Positions 36,051-48,438 of a DNA stretch of 64,000 nt are shown here, in pieces. Made by a program: the position numbers and the translations under genes. Positions within the stretch are counted from its first letter, which is position 1. Every line of letters starts with the position of its first letter. Source of the stretch: Amoeboaphelidium protococcarum X5 (Eukaryota; Fungi; Aphelidiomycota); the NCBI GenBank assembly GCA_023515725.1, contig JALDTO010000208.1, positions 954,367-1,018,366 on the forward strand, read 5' to 3'. The notes under the pieces were generated by a model that ran no database searches, was not told the origin of the DNA, and worked only from the letters and a program-made list of their open reading frames with translations.

Positions 36051-36767
36051 TCAGTTGAGAATCAAAGCAGTTAGCATCAAAACTATCGAGAGAACATATC
36101 CACTTCCTAGGACTGATACGGATGAGCTTGGAATCGGAGTCACTGCATCCTTATTGTCGCCATCATTGGATTGTGGGACCTGTACAGCTGGAGCGCCAGT
36201 GTTCTTGTTATCGTTCTTGTTGTTGTTATTATTCAGTGTATTCAGATCATTGGCAGTAACGTCAAAGTCATAGACCGTGGCAGGAGGAGCAGTATACTCT
36301 TTTCTCTCTCCCTCAACCAGCTGTGTGGACCAAGACATTGCAAAAACACCAGACTGCAGGTTGACTTCACCATTAGAGCTCTGGAAAACAACACGGTACT
36401 GTGAGCTGGAAGGCAGTTTGTGATTAATCAGCATTTACGCGTCAACCCAATAGCAGGAGCATTTCTGACTCACCATGTCGAAGCCTCGCTACATTGCAAT
36501 GTTTATTCCATAGAATGAGTTTACCAGGTACACTGTTACCAGCGGTTAATCTTTAGGATTACGCGTCAACTACTAGTAGAGGATCTGTGCACCTTTAGGC
36601 TAACCACCACTTGGCAGAGCATAAATTGTAGTTAGAGGATCATCAGATTTAGTCAGAGAGGTCTTTGCAGGATCGTTTATCCAAGCGATTTTACCATTTG
36701 ACAATTCAGCAGAGTGAGCGACTTGAAACAATGCAACGGCAATCACTGCTCTTAGTAGACTGTTCAT
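36051..36767 (-). CDS. Predicted secreted GPI-anchored surface protein ('CSCY' family member 1), 238 aa
   Basis: Signal peptide MNSLLRAVIAVALFQVAHS, globular domain, N/S/T-rich linker, hydrophobic C-terminal tail (VLSIVLMLTALILN). Confidence 0.8.
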
Positions 36768-37058
36768 TTTCGATAGTTTTGATATTCAGATTTAAGCTGC
36801 TTTGATATTATTATTTTAATTGTATGAGAAGAAGAAGAGAGAGATGGTTATACTTTCATAGCTTTTATAGTGAAGGGTGTTGCTATTTCAGATTTTATGG
36901 ATCTATTTGTGGTAAGCAATAAGCTCGTTTTAGTCACAACGCGCTTAAAATACTAACCATTGAGCACAATTAGCAACACCTTTTGATATACCCGAAATAG
37001 AATAATAGAGTCTCTAAAACATGTTATAAAAGTAAGATGGTAGGTATAAATGATTAAT

Positions 37059-38105
37059 TCAATAATTTCCATATTGCAATTTTTGAGCAGAGACCACAAA
37101 CTTGCGCTGGGAGATTATTTCAGTTTTACCCGCCAGACTGGATGCTTTCCAATCGCCCAACTCATCGTTGCTGAACAGAGATTTACCGTGATGATAAGCA
37201 GCTTTCACGGTACCAGTAAGATGTATGTCTAGACCACGTATATACGCATAATCTTCAATATCATAGTAGCCTTTGAGTAAATCTTGAGTGCGGTACAGAT
37301 GGATATCAGGTTAATTTTAGATTGCGATGGTAACGCTTATCTTATTCATTATAGATGGTACGTGCTGGCAACGCAACTTTCTGTACATGCGACACGCTTT
37401 GTAGCGTAAACTGTTGGCAGCACGTTTAATCTTGGCAACATTCCAGCTAATTCTTAACACATCTTACTAAGTATAGTACTTGATAGTGAACAGCAAAGGC
37501 TTTATATTAAGAAAATACGGTTGATAGTAGATCTTAACTGCCTGTTTGGACTTATCGAACTTGATCGCGCGATCAAAAATGCCGTTGACCATGGAATTCA
37601 CGTACCTCTCGTCAGAATCTTCTTATTGAGGGAGAGTCCTTTCAACCTGGAAATCATCTCCAGCGTTTGCCGCTGGTAAGACAGCTCTATCCTATTCAGC
37701 TTCTTCTTCATTTTCAATTTATTCAGCTAAATCAGCATCAATTTAGGTACTGGCATCAACCATGACTTTTGGCGCGGATTGATCTTATGCAGGCGGTGGA
37801 CCCATCAGCTGTCTTATATCTTGGTTACGCAAATTACTAGGTACTCCAAAATGGAAAGCAGATTCTATGTCACCTGCATCTGGCTCCATCTACCTTCTAA
37901 AAATTTACAGTCTCTTTTAAGCAATTCTTACACGATCATTGTTATCTCTATCACTATAAATATTGTCATTGAGAGCACGTAGATACTCTTACTAGCCGAT
38001 TGATGTGCCCAAATTGCCCCAGTACTCATCACCAGGACGAGTACCGTATGTAATAGTAGGCATCATCAAGATTAACACAACTATACACGCGCTAAATGTA
38101 ATCAT
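37059..38105 (-). CDS. Predicted secreted hypothetical protein, 348 aa (candidate effector)
   Basis: Uninterrupted table-6 ORF with signal-peptide-like start MITFSACIVVLILMMPTITYG; no family recognised. Confidence 0.65.
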
Positions 38106-38336
38106 ATTAATTTGTTTCTAATTTAATGGCTTTATTGTAATGAGTAATGGTTGATGTTGTGGAGAGACGATTGAGCAGCATATCAATCGACTGTCCTCAA
38201 AAGGCAAAAGTGGCTTAGATTTAACATCGAAAGCGCCGCTTTTCGCCACATGGTTCTTGCATTATCAAAAAATTGTCAAGTTAAATGTAAAATAGTATCG
38301 CTTAGATAACGCCTTACAATAATTCAAACGTCAAAG

Positions 38337-40003
38337 TCATAGTGGACGATTACCTACGCCTCCGCCAAAATCATATACCAATTGAGAAATCTCTGATCCA
38401 AGTTTATCCACGGTGTCTTGATCGTCAGCCTCAGCGTAAACTCTAATGTAATCTTCAGTGCCAGATGGACGAACAAATGATCTGGCATTCTTATTAGATT
38501 ATTTGGCAACCACTTGGTCAATCTTTTATTGCAGGCCTGTTGGAGCAACTAGTTTTCTATCAGCATCTACAGCTTTGAATGCAGATCTGTCGGCCACTTT
38601 GACTTTGAGCAACTTGTTCGGCATGTCCGTGTACAATCTCTTCCACTGAGCACATGACCATTTGCGAATGTGCATGATAGCTTCCACTAACAGCATATCA
38701 CTTAATGCATCTCCTACAGTCTAATTGATAACGTTCAACACGTTATGCAACTAATTCACAGCCTTCTTTTCTTCACTGCTCAGCTTGTCATCTTTGCACA
38801 AAGTCTTAATCTACTTTACAGTCTCTTCACTGAATAAGACAGTTCCATGACCATTTGCCTCGAAATACACTCCAATTCCAAACTGTTATGCTTCATGATG
38901 CAGATGCTTAACACCAGTGCTGGTACAGACGACAGGCACCTTGATAGAATTGAAATACCTAGTGGATGCACCATTAGCGTACGCAGTTTACACAACTCCC
39001 ACGGTCACCTTATTCAGTTGAGGAATCTGGGCCAACAATTCGCTAATAAATGATGCATACAGAGCACTCAAATAATCACCATCTAAAAGCTGAAATTGTC
39101 CATTCTCAACAAAATAATAGACAACACGGTCAGCGTCTCCATCAAAAGAGCAGCAGCGGACAGAAGACTTTTGTACAAAGTCATCATTACTGATCTAGCT
39201 AGGAAGCTTCTAACCAACTTTGACATAATCACTTCCACAATCACTATTCAACCTTCCGGTTAATCAACTAGACTATTCACCACTTTGATATGGTTAGAAG
39301 TATTCAAGTACGGGATAAACTACTTGACAATGACACTACCGATACCATTGGCACCATCTATAATCAACTATGATGCATTCGAATCCACTACACAGTCTGA
39401 AGTGAGGGAATTATAGGCAGTTGACAGCTTTTTGTAATAACCATCAAGAGAGTTATCGCCATATACCGGATCATTACGAGTTCTGACCATATAATGCAAC
39501 TGAGGGGTGGTGCAGTCACCAATATTAACAACTTCAACGTTGGAGAAGCAGTAAATGCCATCTAAAAGTGCATTCAACAATCGCTCACCCGATGGACGAG
39601 TATCCTTTCCAACTATTACCACCGTCTTCTTATTGGAGTCTATCGAATTATCAGAGATGATCTTGGACACTGAGGTTGGAAACTAGTCTGCTCGATAAAC
39701 GTTACACAGGTCCGTGGCAATTTTCTCCCATTCAGGCACAAGCATATCGCCCATAGGCTCCACAATCTTGACTCCATTATCATGAGATGGATTGTGACTG
39801 GCAGTGATCATGACACCGACTGCTTGACCACAGAGAGCTTTTGAGCGCAACGCAGCAACAATGCCAACCTTGAACATGATGGCATCCAACAGGGAACTGT
39901 CCATTCTGAACCCGGCAGTGCCATAGACCACTTTGAATTCTTCCTTGCCCTTGTGCTTGTCCAGGCCAGCTGTTATCTTTTACTAGTCAAACGCCAACGT
40001 CAT
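38337..40003 (-). CDS. PGM3: Phosphoacetylglucosamine mutase (PGM3/Pcm1) with one apparent 1-nt frameshift near 39258
   Basis: [37 protein letters not shown], [frameshift] [38 protein letters not shown]. Confidence 0.92.
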
Positions 40004-40500
40004 AATTATAAAAAGTATTACTTAAAAGTGATATTTAGAGTGGACTTGGAGAAGTTGTTGATGTTGTTTCAAAGAGAAAAGTCTTCTGTAGCAAAGTGTG
40101 TGAAGAAGAGAACCAGAGAGAGAGTGTGTGTGTGTGTTGGGAACGGGCGCGAGAGAGTGATTGAAGCGGCCAATTCACTCGATTAAAAAACAAATGCGCG
40201 GTTCAAAATTGAAGATTTTACTGTAGAAATGGTGCGAGTAAATTCATTCAATATAAAATACCTTAAATCTACACGCTTAATTTTGAATAGTGGTTTTCAA
40301 GCTGCCACTTACTCTGTCATTTCAATTGTATATTAACGATATCTGCTTAGCTGAAACAGTGTTGACTTGTTTCGAACACTTTACTCTCTACTGTGGTCAA
40401 ACAAACGATAGAGACACGTCTACTATAGCTCATATTCGCTTCACTCTCGTACATTACACTTAAGAAAACTAAGACTGACTTGTACTCTGTATAAATATCC

Positions 40501-42046
40501 TAGGAGGCTGGATTTAAAAAGAAGAGGCGCTCTTTAGAAAATGATAAGGAAGTGCCTACTAATCAAGAATAGACGCAGAGTTCTGTGAGTGCGCCTGCTA
40601 CAGGTACAGCTTCCTCGTCCAATGAGAAAAGAAAGCAAAGGGCGTTAGAGTCATGGTAGCTGCCAATTGATGAACGTATGAGCCACAAGTAGAATAAGTA
40701 TCACTACAATCTGCGATCATACAGTCAAAGCGGTGCACCAAGACTTCAAGTACTTGTCGCTTCCTCTTCCAAAAGCTAATATTCGTCACAAAGTACCACA
40801 TAGGAGAGCAGTGTGCAAGTGTAAGTCAGCCATCAGGCCGATTGCCAACAAGCAGGTTATGCTCTTGCTTAATCCACCTTAAAAGTCATGGGCAAATTGG
40901 CGGTGGATGTAGGGGTAAATGAAGTGGCAGAGGCAGATGAAGTGGTAGATGACGAAGCAGTTGATGAGGATGAAATTCATATCAGCTTGGATGAGTATAA
41001 TGAATAGGAACTGGCAGATTTACATGAGTATTTTGATGAAGTGAAGGTTGAGCCAAATCGCAATTAACGCGACCTGACCTGATTAAATGATCCAAAGTTC
41101 AAACAGCTGGACCTCAATGATGAGCACTTGGTATTTATTGCTATAGATCCAGGTGTAAACTATTTGGCCACTGTTGTTTACATTTAGGCAGAAGAAGGTC
41201 GTTCGGCGTTGGAGACACTAGAGGTGAAGCTGAGGTAACCGATTAGAGAAGGTTTTCAGACCAAGATGATCAAGACTTCAGACTACCATGAATTAGTGTC
41301 AAGCCAGCTGACAGCTGAAGAGAAGACGATGTGCAAAGATGTCTTCTCAACACCAAAGTACACTTTCCATGCCGTCGACTGCAAGATGAAGACTAGAGAT
41401 GCTGCACTCAGAACTGACCAGAGAATGCCACTGTATATGGATTTGACGATACAGAAGGCTTTGTTTAAAGAGCACTTTACAAAGAAGTCTGCACTGTAAT
41501 AGATTGCTAAGGATATCTGCAAGTTGCCAAGGTTTGTCGCCACCAACCAGAAAAATATCATTGTGTTCTATGGCAGTGGTGGACTGAAAAGATTTAGCAT
41601 CTACTGTCGACCAAATAACACACATCCTCCAGAAGTCAAGAGATTATCGAAATGCCACAAGGAAGCAAGCGAAGCAGTTGGAAATTGGCACGGTGGTGTT
41701 TGTCTTGGATGTGAATCGGGATTTAACTGGGATGCGATATATGAGGGACTTTATGAGATTTTTGGTATAGACGGAAAGAAGGCTTATGCGTTGAAAGATG
41801 AGATGGGATCCATATTGAATAAGCATGTGTCGAGAGAGCATCTCAAGGTTAGATCATAAATGTTTGCTGATCTGTCTGAGTTGGAGGTGGAGTCGATTCA
41901 GAATCATCGTGGATTAGATAGAGACGGCTTTGAATATCGGGTTTGTTGAAAGAAGTTGGATGCTTCGGAGGATTCTTGGTAACCTTAGAGGAACTTCTAT
42001 GGTTGAAAGGTCATACAGCATTACTGGAAGTCTCGTTTTGCTGTGA
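40501..42046 (+). mobile_element. Degenerate Fanzor/TnpB-like RuvC nuclease gene (5'-truncated pseudogene)
   Basis: Table-6 frame: acidic linker, in-frame TGA at 41080, RuvC-I LVFIAIDPGVNYLATVV (D at 41146), bridge-helix-like FKEHFTKKSALQQIAKDI, IIVFYGSGG...HPP, SKCH / CLGC Zn-finger remnants, RuvC-III LDRD (41917-41925) followed in a shifted frame by ALNIGFV. Confidence 0.72.
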
Positions 42047-42542
42047 GGGTGTAGCTTGTGGCTGGAAATACACGGACAAAAAGACATCTAAATTGATCAG
42101 TGATCTTTTACGGAGATATAAATGCGGCTGTTGTTGTTGAAATGAAAATTGGGCTAACTATGGCGTCTAATCACGCCCATGAGGTATTTCACCTGCTCAT
42201 GAGGAGCTAAGCATAGAACAGTTTTCACGCCGTCTGCGAATGTTCGTTAATCAAGGATTACCATTGGAGCCGAGAATTGGATCAACGCGCTATATCGAAC
42301 TCTGTAACTCTTGAGTGAGAAGTAAGTGGTCTACCTATTCAAAGAAGCCAAGATCTTTGACGACACGTTTTGAGATTTAGGATGTAGATAGAAACAGACG
42401 TACACAATGAGTGCGTGTATAAATAAATGATTTGTTATCAATGCAGTAGATTATGAAATCCTGAATTAATGTTTTAGACTGGAAGATAAATTAATTTTTA
42501 CTTTTATTAATACGGTATTCGAAATGACCACTAATATTAATT

Positions 42543-43944
42543 TCAGTTTCTCAGGTGCTATTTTAAATTCGGCGGAAATATAAAGCCGCCCTGCGCAATC
42601 AACTTGTCAATCCAAGCCTTGCCTTTGTTCATGGCTTCCGCATCTTCCTTACGCATTTCCTCCGCAATCACTTCCGCCGCCTCATACATGTCAGAACTTA
42701 GACCGAGCTGTATGTTGTTAAACAACACGCGACCAGTAATCTTCTGGAATGGAACAACTTTCGGAACTTGGCCAACTCCTAATTTAAGATACAAGTCGGC
42801 AATTCTATTGGCGTTGAAAAATTGATCAGCAAAAATTGGGACAGCAAACGTCGGTGAGCCACTCAGTAATGCCGCAGCGGTCGTACCACTTCCACCATGG
42901 TGAATAATCAAATCGCACTGTGGAAAGAGTCGTGCGTGTGGACTGCTAGATATCAGCTAGATCTAGGGGGATAATTCCGCCAAAACCGTACTAATTTCAC
43001 CAGAAGCCTCACCGACAAAGAGTAAATGGTCACGCCATATGCCTGTATGAAGTAGTTCAAATCTGTCACCAACTTTTTGAACACATTAGTATTCCAAATT
43101 GCCATTGATCCAAATCCAATATAGACTAACTTATCACCTTACTAGCGCGCAGACTATTCTACCTAAATTAAGCGTGAGCTCAAAGGCGGCGAATCTTAAC
43201 TGGCTTAAGAAGAGTATGCGGTAAAATACCCACTCAGCTCCACAGACGCAGGATAATCCGCCGGCTTTGGGAACAGATACGGGCTCATGGCATACAAAAT
43301 CCCTCCTGAAAATTCTTAATCGCCCTCCAATCTCTAAAGTCAAACTTGACACCTCCATCATCAGCCATTTTATTCCAAAAACTATAGCGCGACTACCGGT
43401 ATGGCGTACCAGCTTTATAGACTAAATTATAAGAAAGCCGATTCAAGAATCTAAACCAATTAGGCACCAACTGATCAATTACAACAAAAGGAAAGTCACC
43501 AGTTTAATGGAATGGGAAGAGAAGCAGCTATCCAACCGGAATATCGTACTTCTTGCCAACAATCAAAGCTTGATTAACGTTGAACATATTAGTGACGATC
43601 AGAGAGGCATCGCGGCAGTGAAAATCAATGTTTTCATAGATATTCCACTCATCATCATCAGATGCCACAGTCTTGCTGACAGCATTCATCGTATCACCCT
43701 TAGCTATCAATTCCACAATCTCCGGCTACTCCGCAAACGCGTCAATGTTATTTTGGAACTCGCGATTAGTCTACAAAGGAGCATACGGCACGTTATAACT
43801 CTCTACCAACAGGCGATGGTTCCCAGATGTCATAACCAGAGGTTGGTACACTTCATCAGTTCCCGGATAGGTTCTAGTCATTAAGAATTGCGCAAGTGCA
43901 TACACATCGCCACGCGTTCCTCTCGTTAAAAAGCACACTTTCAT
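42543..43944 (-). CDS. GT1-family (sterol 3-beta-glucosyltransferase-like) glycosyltransferase with two apparent 1-nt frameshifts (near 43302 and 43025)
   Basis: MKVCFLTRGTRGDV, LYAMSPYLFPKPADYP...SGYF, LVYIGFGSM, PHARLFPQCDLIIHHGGSGTTAAAL...VPIFADQFFNA. Confidence 0.85.
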
Positions 43945-44267
43945 CCTTAATAGAAGGTATATCAGATCTTGGAGCCTCGAAAGATACCTGCAAAAGAAAT
44001 AACAGGAATTTATTGCTTCGCCACACCTCGCGTCAGGATGCAGTGCTCGTCAAGCGAAGCCGAGGAGAAGCGTGAAGAAAGGGTGGTAATACACGGCCTC
44101 ACCTCATCTACTTTCACACCAGATGATATCGCTGTATCCGTGTCAGCATCCAGATTTACTTGGCTATCCACAAAAATAATAATTTGTGATACGGTCAGGT
44201 CCCATCAGTTTATAAATAATGAATTATGAGTCATTTCGAAATCAAATTTCATCCGAAAAAATTGACA

Positions 44268-44341
44268 ACTCCCATAGCTCAGTTGGTTAGAGCGTTCGAC
44301 TGTTAATCGAGAGGTCGGTAGTTCAAGCCTGCCTGGGAGAG
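44268..44341 (+). tRNA. tRNA-Asn(GTT)
   Basis: Cloverleaf: D arm GCTC-AGTTGGTTA-GAGC, anticodon arm TTCGA-CTGTTAA-TCGAG, T arm GGTAG-TTCAAGC-CTGCC, acceptor CTCCCA/TGGGAG; followed by a T6 Pol III terminator. Confidence 0.93.
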
Positions 44342-45248
44342 TATTTTTTGCATTTTTTGTTAAAATGATTGTATTGCTGCGATGGCTGCCTGCTGGAATG
44401 TCATTTATCGCTAAAAGTGGTAATAGCGATGTCGCGTTTCAAGACTAATTATATCAAATTGCACGAAAATGCTGTATATCACTAGTAAACTCATATTCTT
44501 ATTAAAATGAAAACTATCACGACTTTACGAAAATGCCAGCTTAAGATTTGCCTAAAGTTGATACATTTTGCTTCCTGTCTTGGCTTAGTATCTCGTCCAT
44601 CACGTTTTATTTCGCTTTTGACATGTTTGACGTCCAAGCAACAAAATATATATCAGGAAAGCATGTGATAAGTGGTATTAGACAAAAATGAAAAGTCAAG
44701 TGTATGCATAGTAGAATTTAATCTATCAAAAAACGTTTTTAATATTAGGATCCTGAATTCAGTGTAAACGTTTACTTATGCGATATGCTTATTGCAGCAG
44801 GATGTGGTTTCGAAACAATGTAAAACCACATCAACAGCTGTAAAAAATTTGTCGACGCGTTTTTCAATAGAACATCTCTAGCATGACTACAATACGTGTT
44901 TACTTACTTGTGCAATTAAACCACAGACTTATTATTATTCACATACCTTACGAATTTCAAATTAAGTTAATACACACTGAATATCAAGTTGATATCAATT
45001 CCACGATTATTATGTATCTTGCTTAATCTTATTTCTACGTCCTTGCACCTATTTTATACGTGAATGAAGACGTTACATGAGGTAATGCAATAGAGTTGGA
45101 TATAGATGTATCAAAATATTGTCAAGCTTTTAGAGTCGATATTCAGATAATTTCGTAAAGATCATTGGGTTCATACCACAAAGTTTTACGACATTTAATA
45201 TAAGCCTAAAATAAGCGCCTTAAACTGTATTTACATTTGATACTAGAT

Positions 45249-46145
45249 TCATTCAACATTATAGAGAGTAGACGCAATAGGAGGAGAGCAGTTAGCACGC
45301 GTTTGATGGCGTTTTAGAGAGCCTTTGCAGGTGAATGATTGTTTACATGTTGAGCATTAGAGTGATTACTCAGAGCTTCCCTTGTGATGTACCGAGACAA
45401 TATGAGCTTTGAGATTATACGACGTGCTAAACACTCGACCACATATAATGCAGTCATACGATTAGATGCGATTGGCAGAGTGCGCGTAATTTAAATGAGT
45501 CTGGAGTGAAGTCTTATTTTTCAACTAAATTCCACAGTGAGGACATTGTTAAGCCACATTATTATGCACGTCGTTTATGTGTTATTTCAACTAAAGAGCA
45601 GAGTCAAACACCAATGTACAATCCTTAATTCCACATGCAAAGTGTGCAGGAGTGTCTTTTCGCAAATGACACGTACGATGGACCATCAGTTTGGAAGGAT
45701 AGGGAAATGACCACTCACAGCCATCAATGCCACACGCATAATAACTACCATCTTTAATTTCATGTACCGCTTATACGTGCTATAGCAATTAAGCCTTCTT
45801 AACAAATTTAGCATCACACTCATGGTAAGTGCATGCAAATAATCTTGACGCCTAATCAATAGTGAGATGGTGAGATTTGCAATGCCTCTACAGCTACTAT
45901 TTAGTATAGAATGACTTTTCACAATGCTCACATTAATGGCGCCTTTCTGCTTACGCGTCACCGTGCTGTCTTCTAACGTGATCCTGCAGATGATCTTTAC
46001 GAATGTAAGCTTTATCACACATTTCACACTGGAATGGCCTGATATTATTATGAGAATTCAAATGAATCTGCAATTTACTAAAACACGGATACTTTTTACC
46101 ACACCCGTCAAAGTGGCATTCAAACACTTTTCCACTATCTTCCAT
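45249..46145 (-). CDS. Nine-finger C2H2 zinc-finger protein, probably transcription factor IIIA, 298 aa
   Basis: Nine consecutive Cx2-4C...Hx3-5H/C units beginning FECHFDGCGKKY...HLNSHNNIRPFQC; finger number and layout are typical of TFIIIA/Pzf1. Confidence 0.8.
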
Positions 46146-46280
46146 TTTAATACCGTGGTAAAGTGATAGATTAAACAGCAAAAAGAGAATTGTTGAGAAA
46201 CAAAATGTCTGATTGGGGCAGATGAAGAGAAGAGAGAGATCACTAGAGATTGAAGAGAGCGCTTGTTAATGCAAACCATA

Positions 46281-47474
46281 TCACAGTTCAATTTGTTTCA
46301 AATAGTCAATCAGAGCCTGAACATCATCCAGTGAGACAGCATTATACAAGCTAGCACGCAGTCCTCCCACTGATCTATGGCCACCAATTCCAATTAAATT
46401 CGCCTACTTTTCTGCATTCATCACAGTCTTCTTTTCCACTGCAAAGTCCGGCGCGCCATTTACGCGAATTCGAAACACCACATTCATTCTCGATCTGTAC
46501 GCCTTACTAACGGGACATTCAAACTACGCACTATGACTATCCAGAAAGTCATACAGTTACGTTGATTTCTATAAATTCCTCTACTCTATAGCCTCAAGGC
46601 CCGTATAGGTATCATGCTTATAATTTTTAATCCATTGCAGAACCAAGTTGGACACGTAAATTGACCAAACGTTTGGAGTGTTGTAGAGAGCATCATTGTC
46701 GAACGCGACTTTATAACTCAATGCCACGGGTAGACAATGCTTGTGTTAGAGTTCAAGCAAAGACTTGCGCACAATAATCATGGTCAATCCAGCGAGACCA
46801 ATATTCTTCTAAACACCCCCATATAATAAAGCATGATGATTTAAAATATTCTTCGGTATCTACCGAGATAGAGCATTTGATGAAATGTCAGACACCAACA
46901 TTACATCTTGATACGGACACCCACCAACAGTAAGGGGATTAGCATCCTTCGGCCATTCGACACCATGTACAGTTTCGTTGCTGCAATAGTACACATACTT
47001 GGCCTACTTGCCGTCAATACTCCATTTCCATTCAGATGGTGGAGGTAGATGACCATTATGTGAGCCATTCACCTTCATCGTGTCAACAACACAGCGCGCT
47101 CTGTCGCCAATCAAGCAACGCGCTTCTTCAAACGCTTTCTAGGACCAACAGCCAGTGATGATAAAGTCTACGCATTCATCACCACCATCACTTAGATCAT
47201 GCAACAAGTTCATCAGCCATGCACTAAATTACAAGGTAGCACCACCGCCAGACATCCAACACACTGCCCACTGATCTTTATCCAATTGGTAGAGGTCATA
47301 CACCGTCTGCGTCAACTCTTTAACCATTGCTACAATGCTCGGATCGCGATGACTAATCTCCATCACACTGCAGCCTTTACCATCAAAGTTGCTAATTTCA
47401 CTTTGCACTCGCTGCAGAACCTCCTCAGGCAACTTACTTGGACCAGCGGTAAAATTATGAACTTTCTAAGTCAT
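46281..47474 (-). CDS. SER1: Phosphoserine aminotransferase, 397 aa
   Basis: [25 protein letters not shown](Q)[15 protein letters not shown](TAG)[24 protein letters not shown]. Confidence 0.96.
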
Positions 47475-47762
47475 TAATTGATGAAAAAATAAAAATATTA
47501 CTGCGATTTAACAGTGTTGCTTAAATATATGCTTTGAAATAGGCACGGCAAATACCACTGAACGCCCTCGTTCGTTCGCACTCAAACGTCTAAACGGAGT
47601 AGAGGTGATCACGCGAGAACAATTCAGTCATCTCTTCTCAAATGTCTTTAAGAGGCTCCTTTCCGTGATTATTTTACTGTGAAATTCTCTGTTAGAGCCA
47701 AATTCTTCTACTTTATTGTGTTGAAAACACTCTTATTTGACTAAAATTAAACTTCACTTAGA

Positions 47763-48438
47763 ATGAATAGTCTGGTAAAGTTATTTGTTATACTTGGCGT
47801 CTCACAGTCGATCCTTGGCTATACCATAGAGTTGTATCCGAACGAAGAGATTTGCTTCAGTGAACAAGTTTCCTCTGGACAAGTCGTGTCCGTGGGATAT
47901 CAAGTTTAAGATGGCCCAGAGTTTAATGCAGACTTTAAGATACTTTCACCTAATGGTTAACTGATAAAAGATATTAAAGACAGTCCATCTTTTGAGGGCA
48001 AAGTGGATTCTAAAGATTTCGGTGAAGGCAGTTACAAGTACTGTTTCCGCAATAAGAACTAGAATCATCCAAGTAAATTGGTCTCCTTCTACGTGTTTAA
48101 AGATGATGTTGCAAAGGTAATGTTTTTCTGTTTAAGGCAAATTACTCTAATACAATGAGTTTTGTAATGGGAACCTTCTTAACATCATGTAGGCGAACAA
48201 GAATGATGCGATAGACCCGCTGGAGAAGGAGTTGCGTTTGCTAAGAGAGGGATTACGTGCAGTGAGAGAAGAGCAGTAATACATTGTGCATAGGGAGCGT
48301 ATACACAGAAACACGGCTGAGAGCACTAACGAGCGTGTTCTATGGTGGTCATTGCTGCAAGTTGTGGTGGTATTCGGCAGTTGTTTATTTCAAGTCTGGT
48401 ATCTGACGCGTTTCTTTGAGGTGAAGAGGGCCGTTTGA
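47763..48438 (+). CDS. EMP24: p24/TMED2 (Emp24) cargo receptor; exons 47763-48116 and 48193-48438
   Basis: Signal peptide, GOLD cysteines (EEICFSE, YKYCFRN), RERIHRNTAESTNERVLWWS, C-terminal RFFEVKRAV; 76-nt GTAATG...TGTAG intron. Confidence 0.92.

Noticed and set aside
39254-39312. A small intron explaining the PGM3 frame break
   Set aside because: The only candidate (GTACTT...GAAG) has poor splice sites, unlike the TGTAG introns here, and would delete an alignable protein segment.
41080-41082. In-frame TGA in the Fanzor-like frame as selenocysteine or programmed readthrough
   Set aside because: No SECIS recognised, and the locus has other lesions, so simple decay or error is more parsimonious.
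44268-44341. Suppressor tRNA-Gln(UUA/CUA) responsible for the code change
   Set aside because: The only tRNA found has anticodon GTT (Asn).
44400-45200. Long open stretch on the minus strand under table 6
   Set aside because: With only one stop codon long open frames arise by chance; no clear start or motif.
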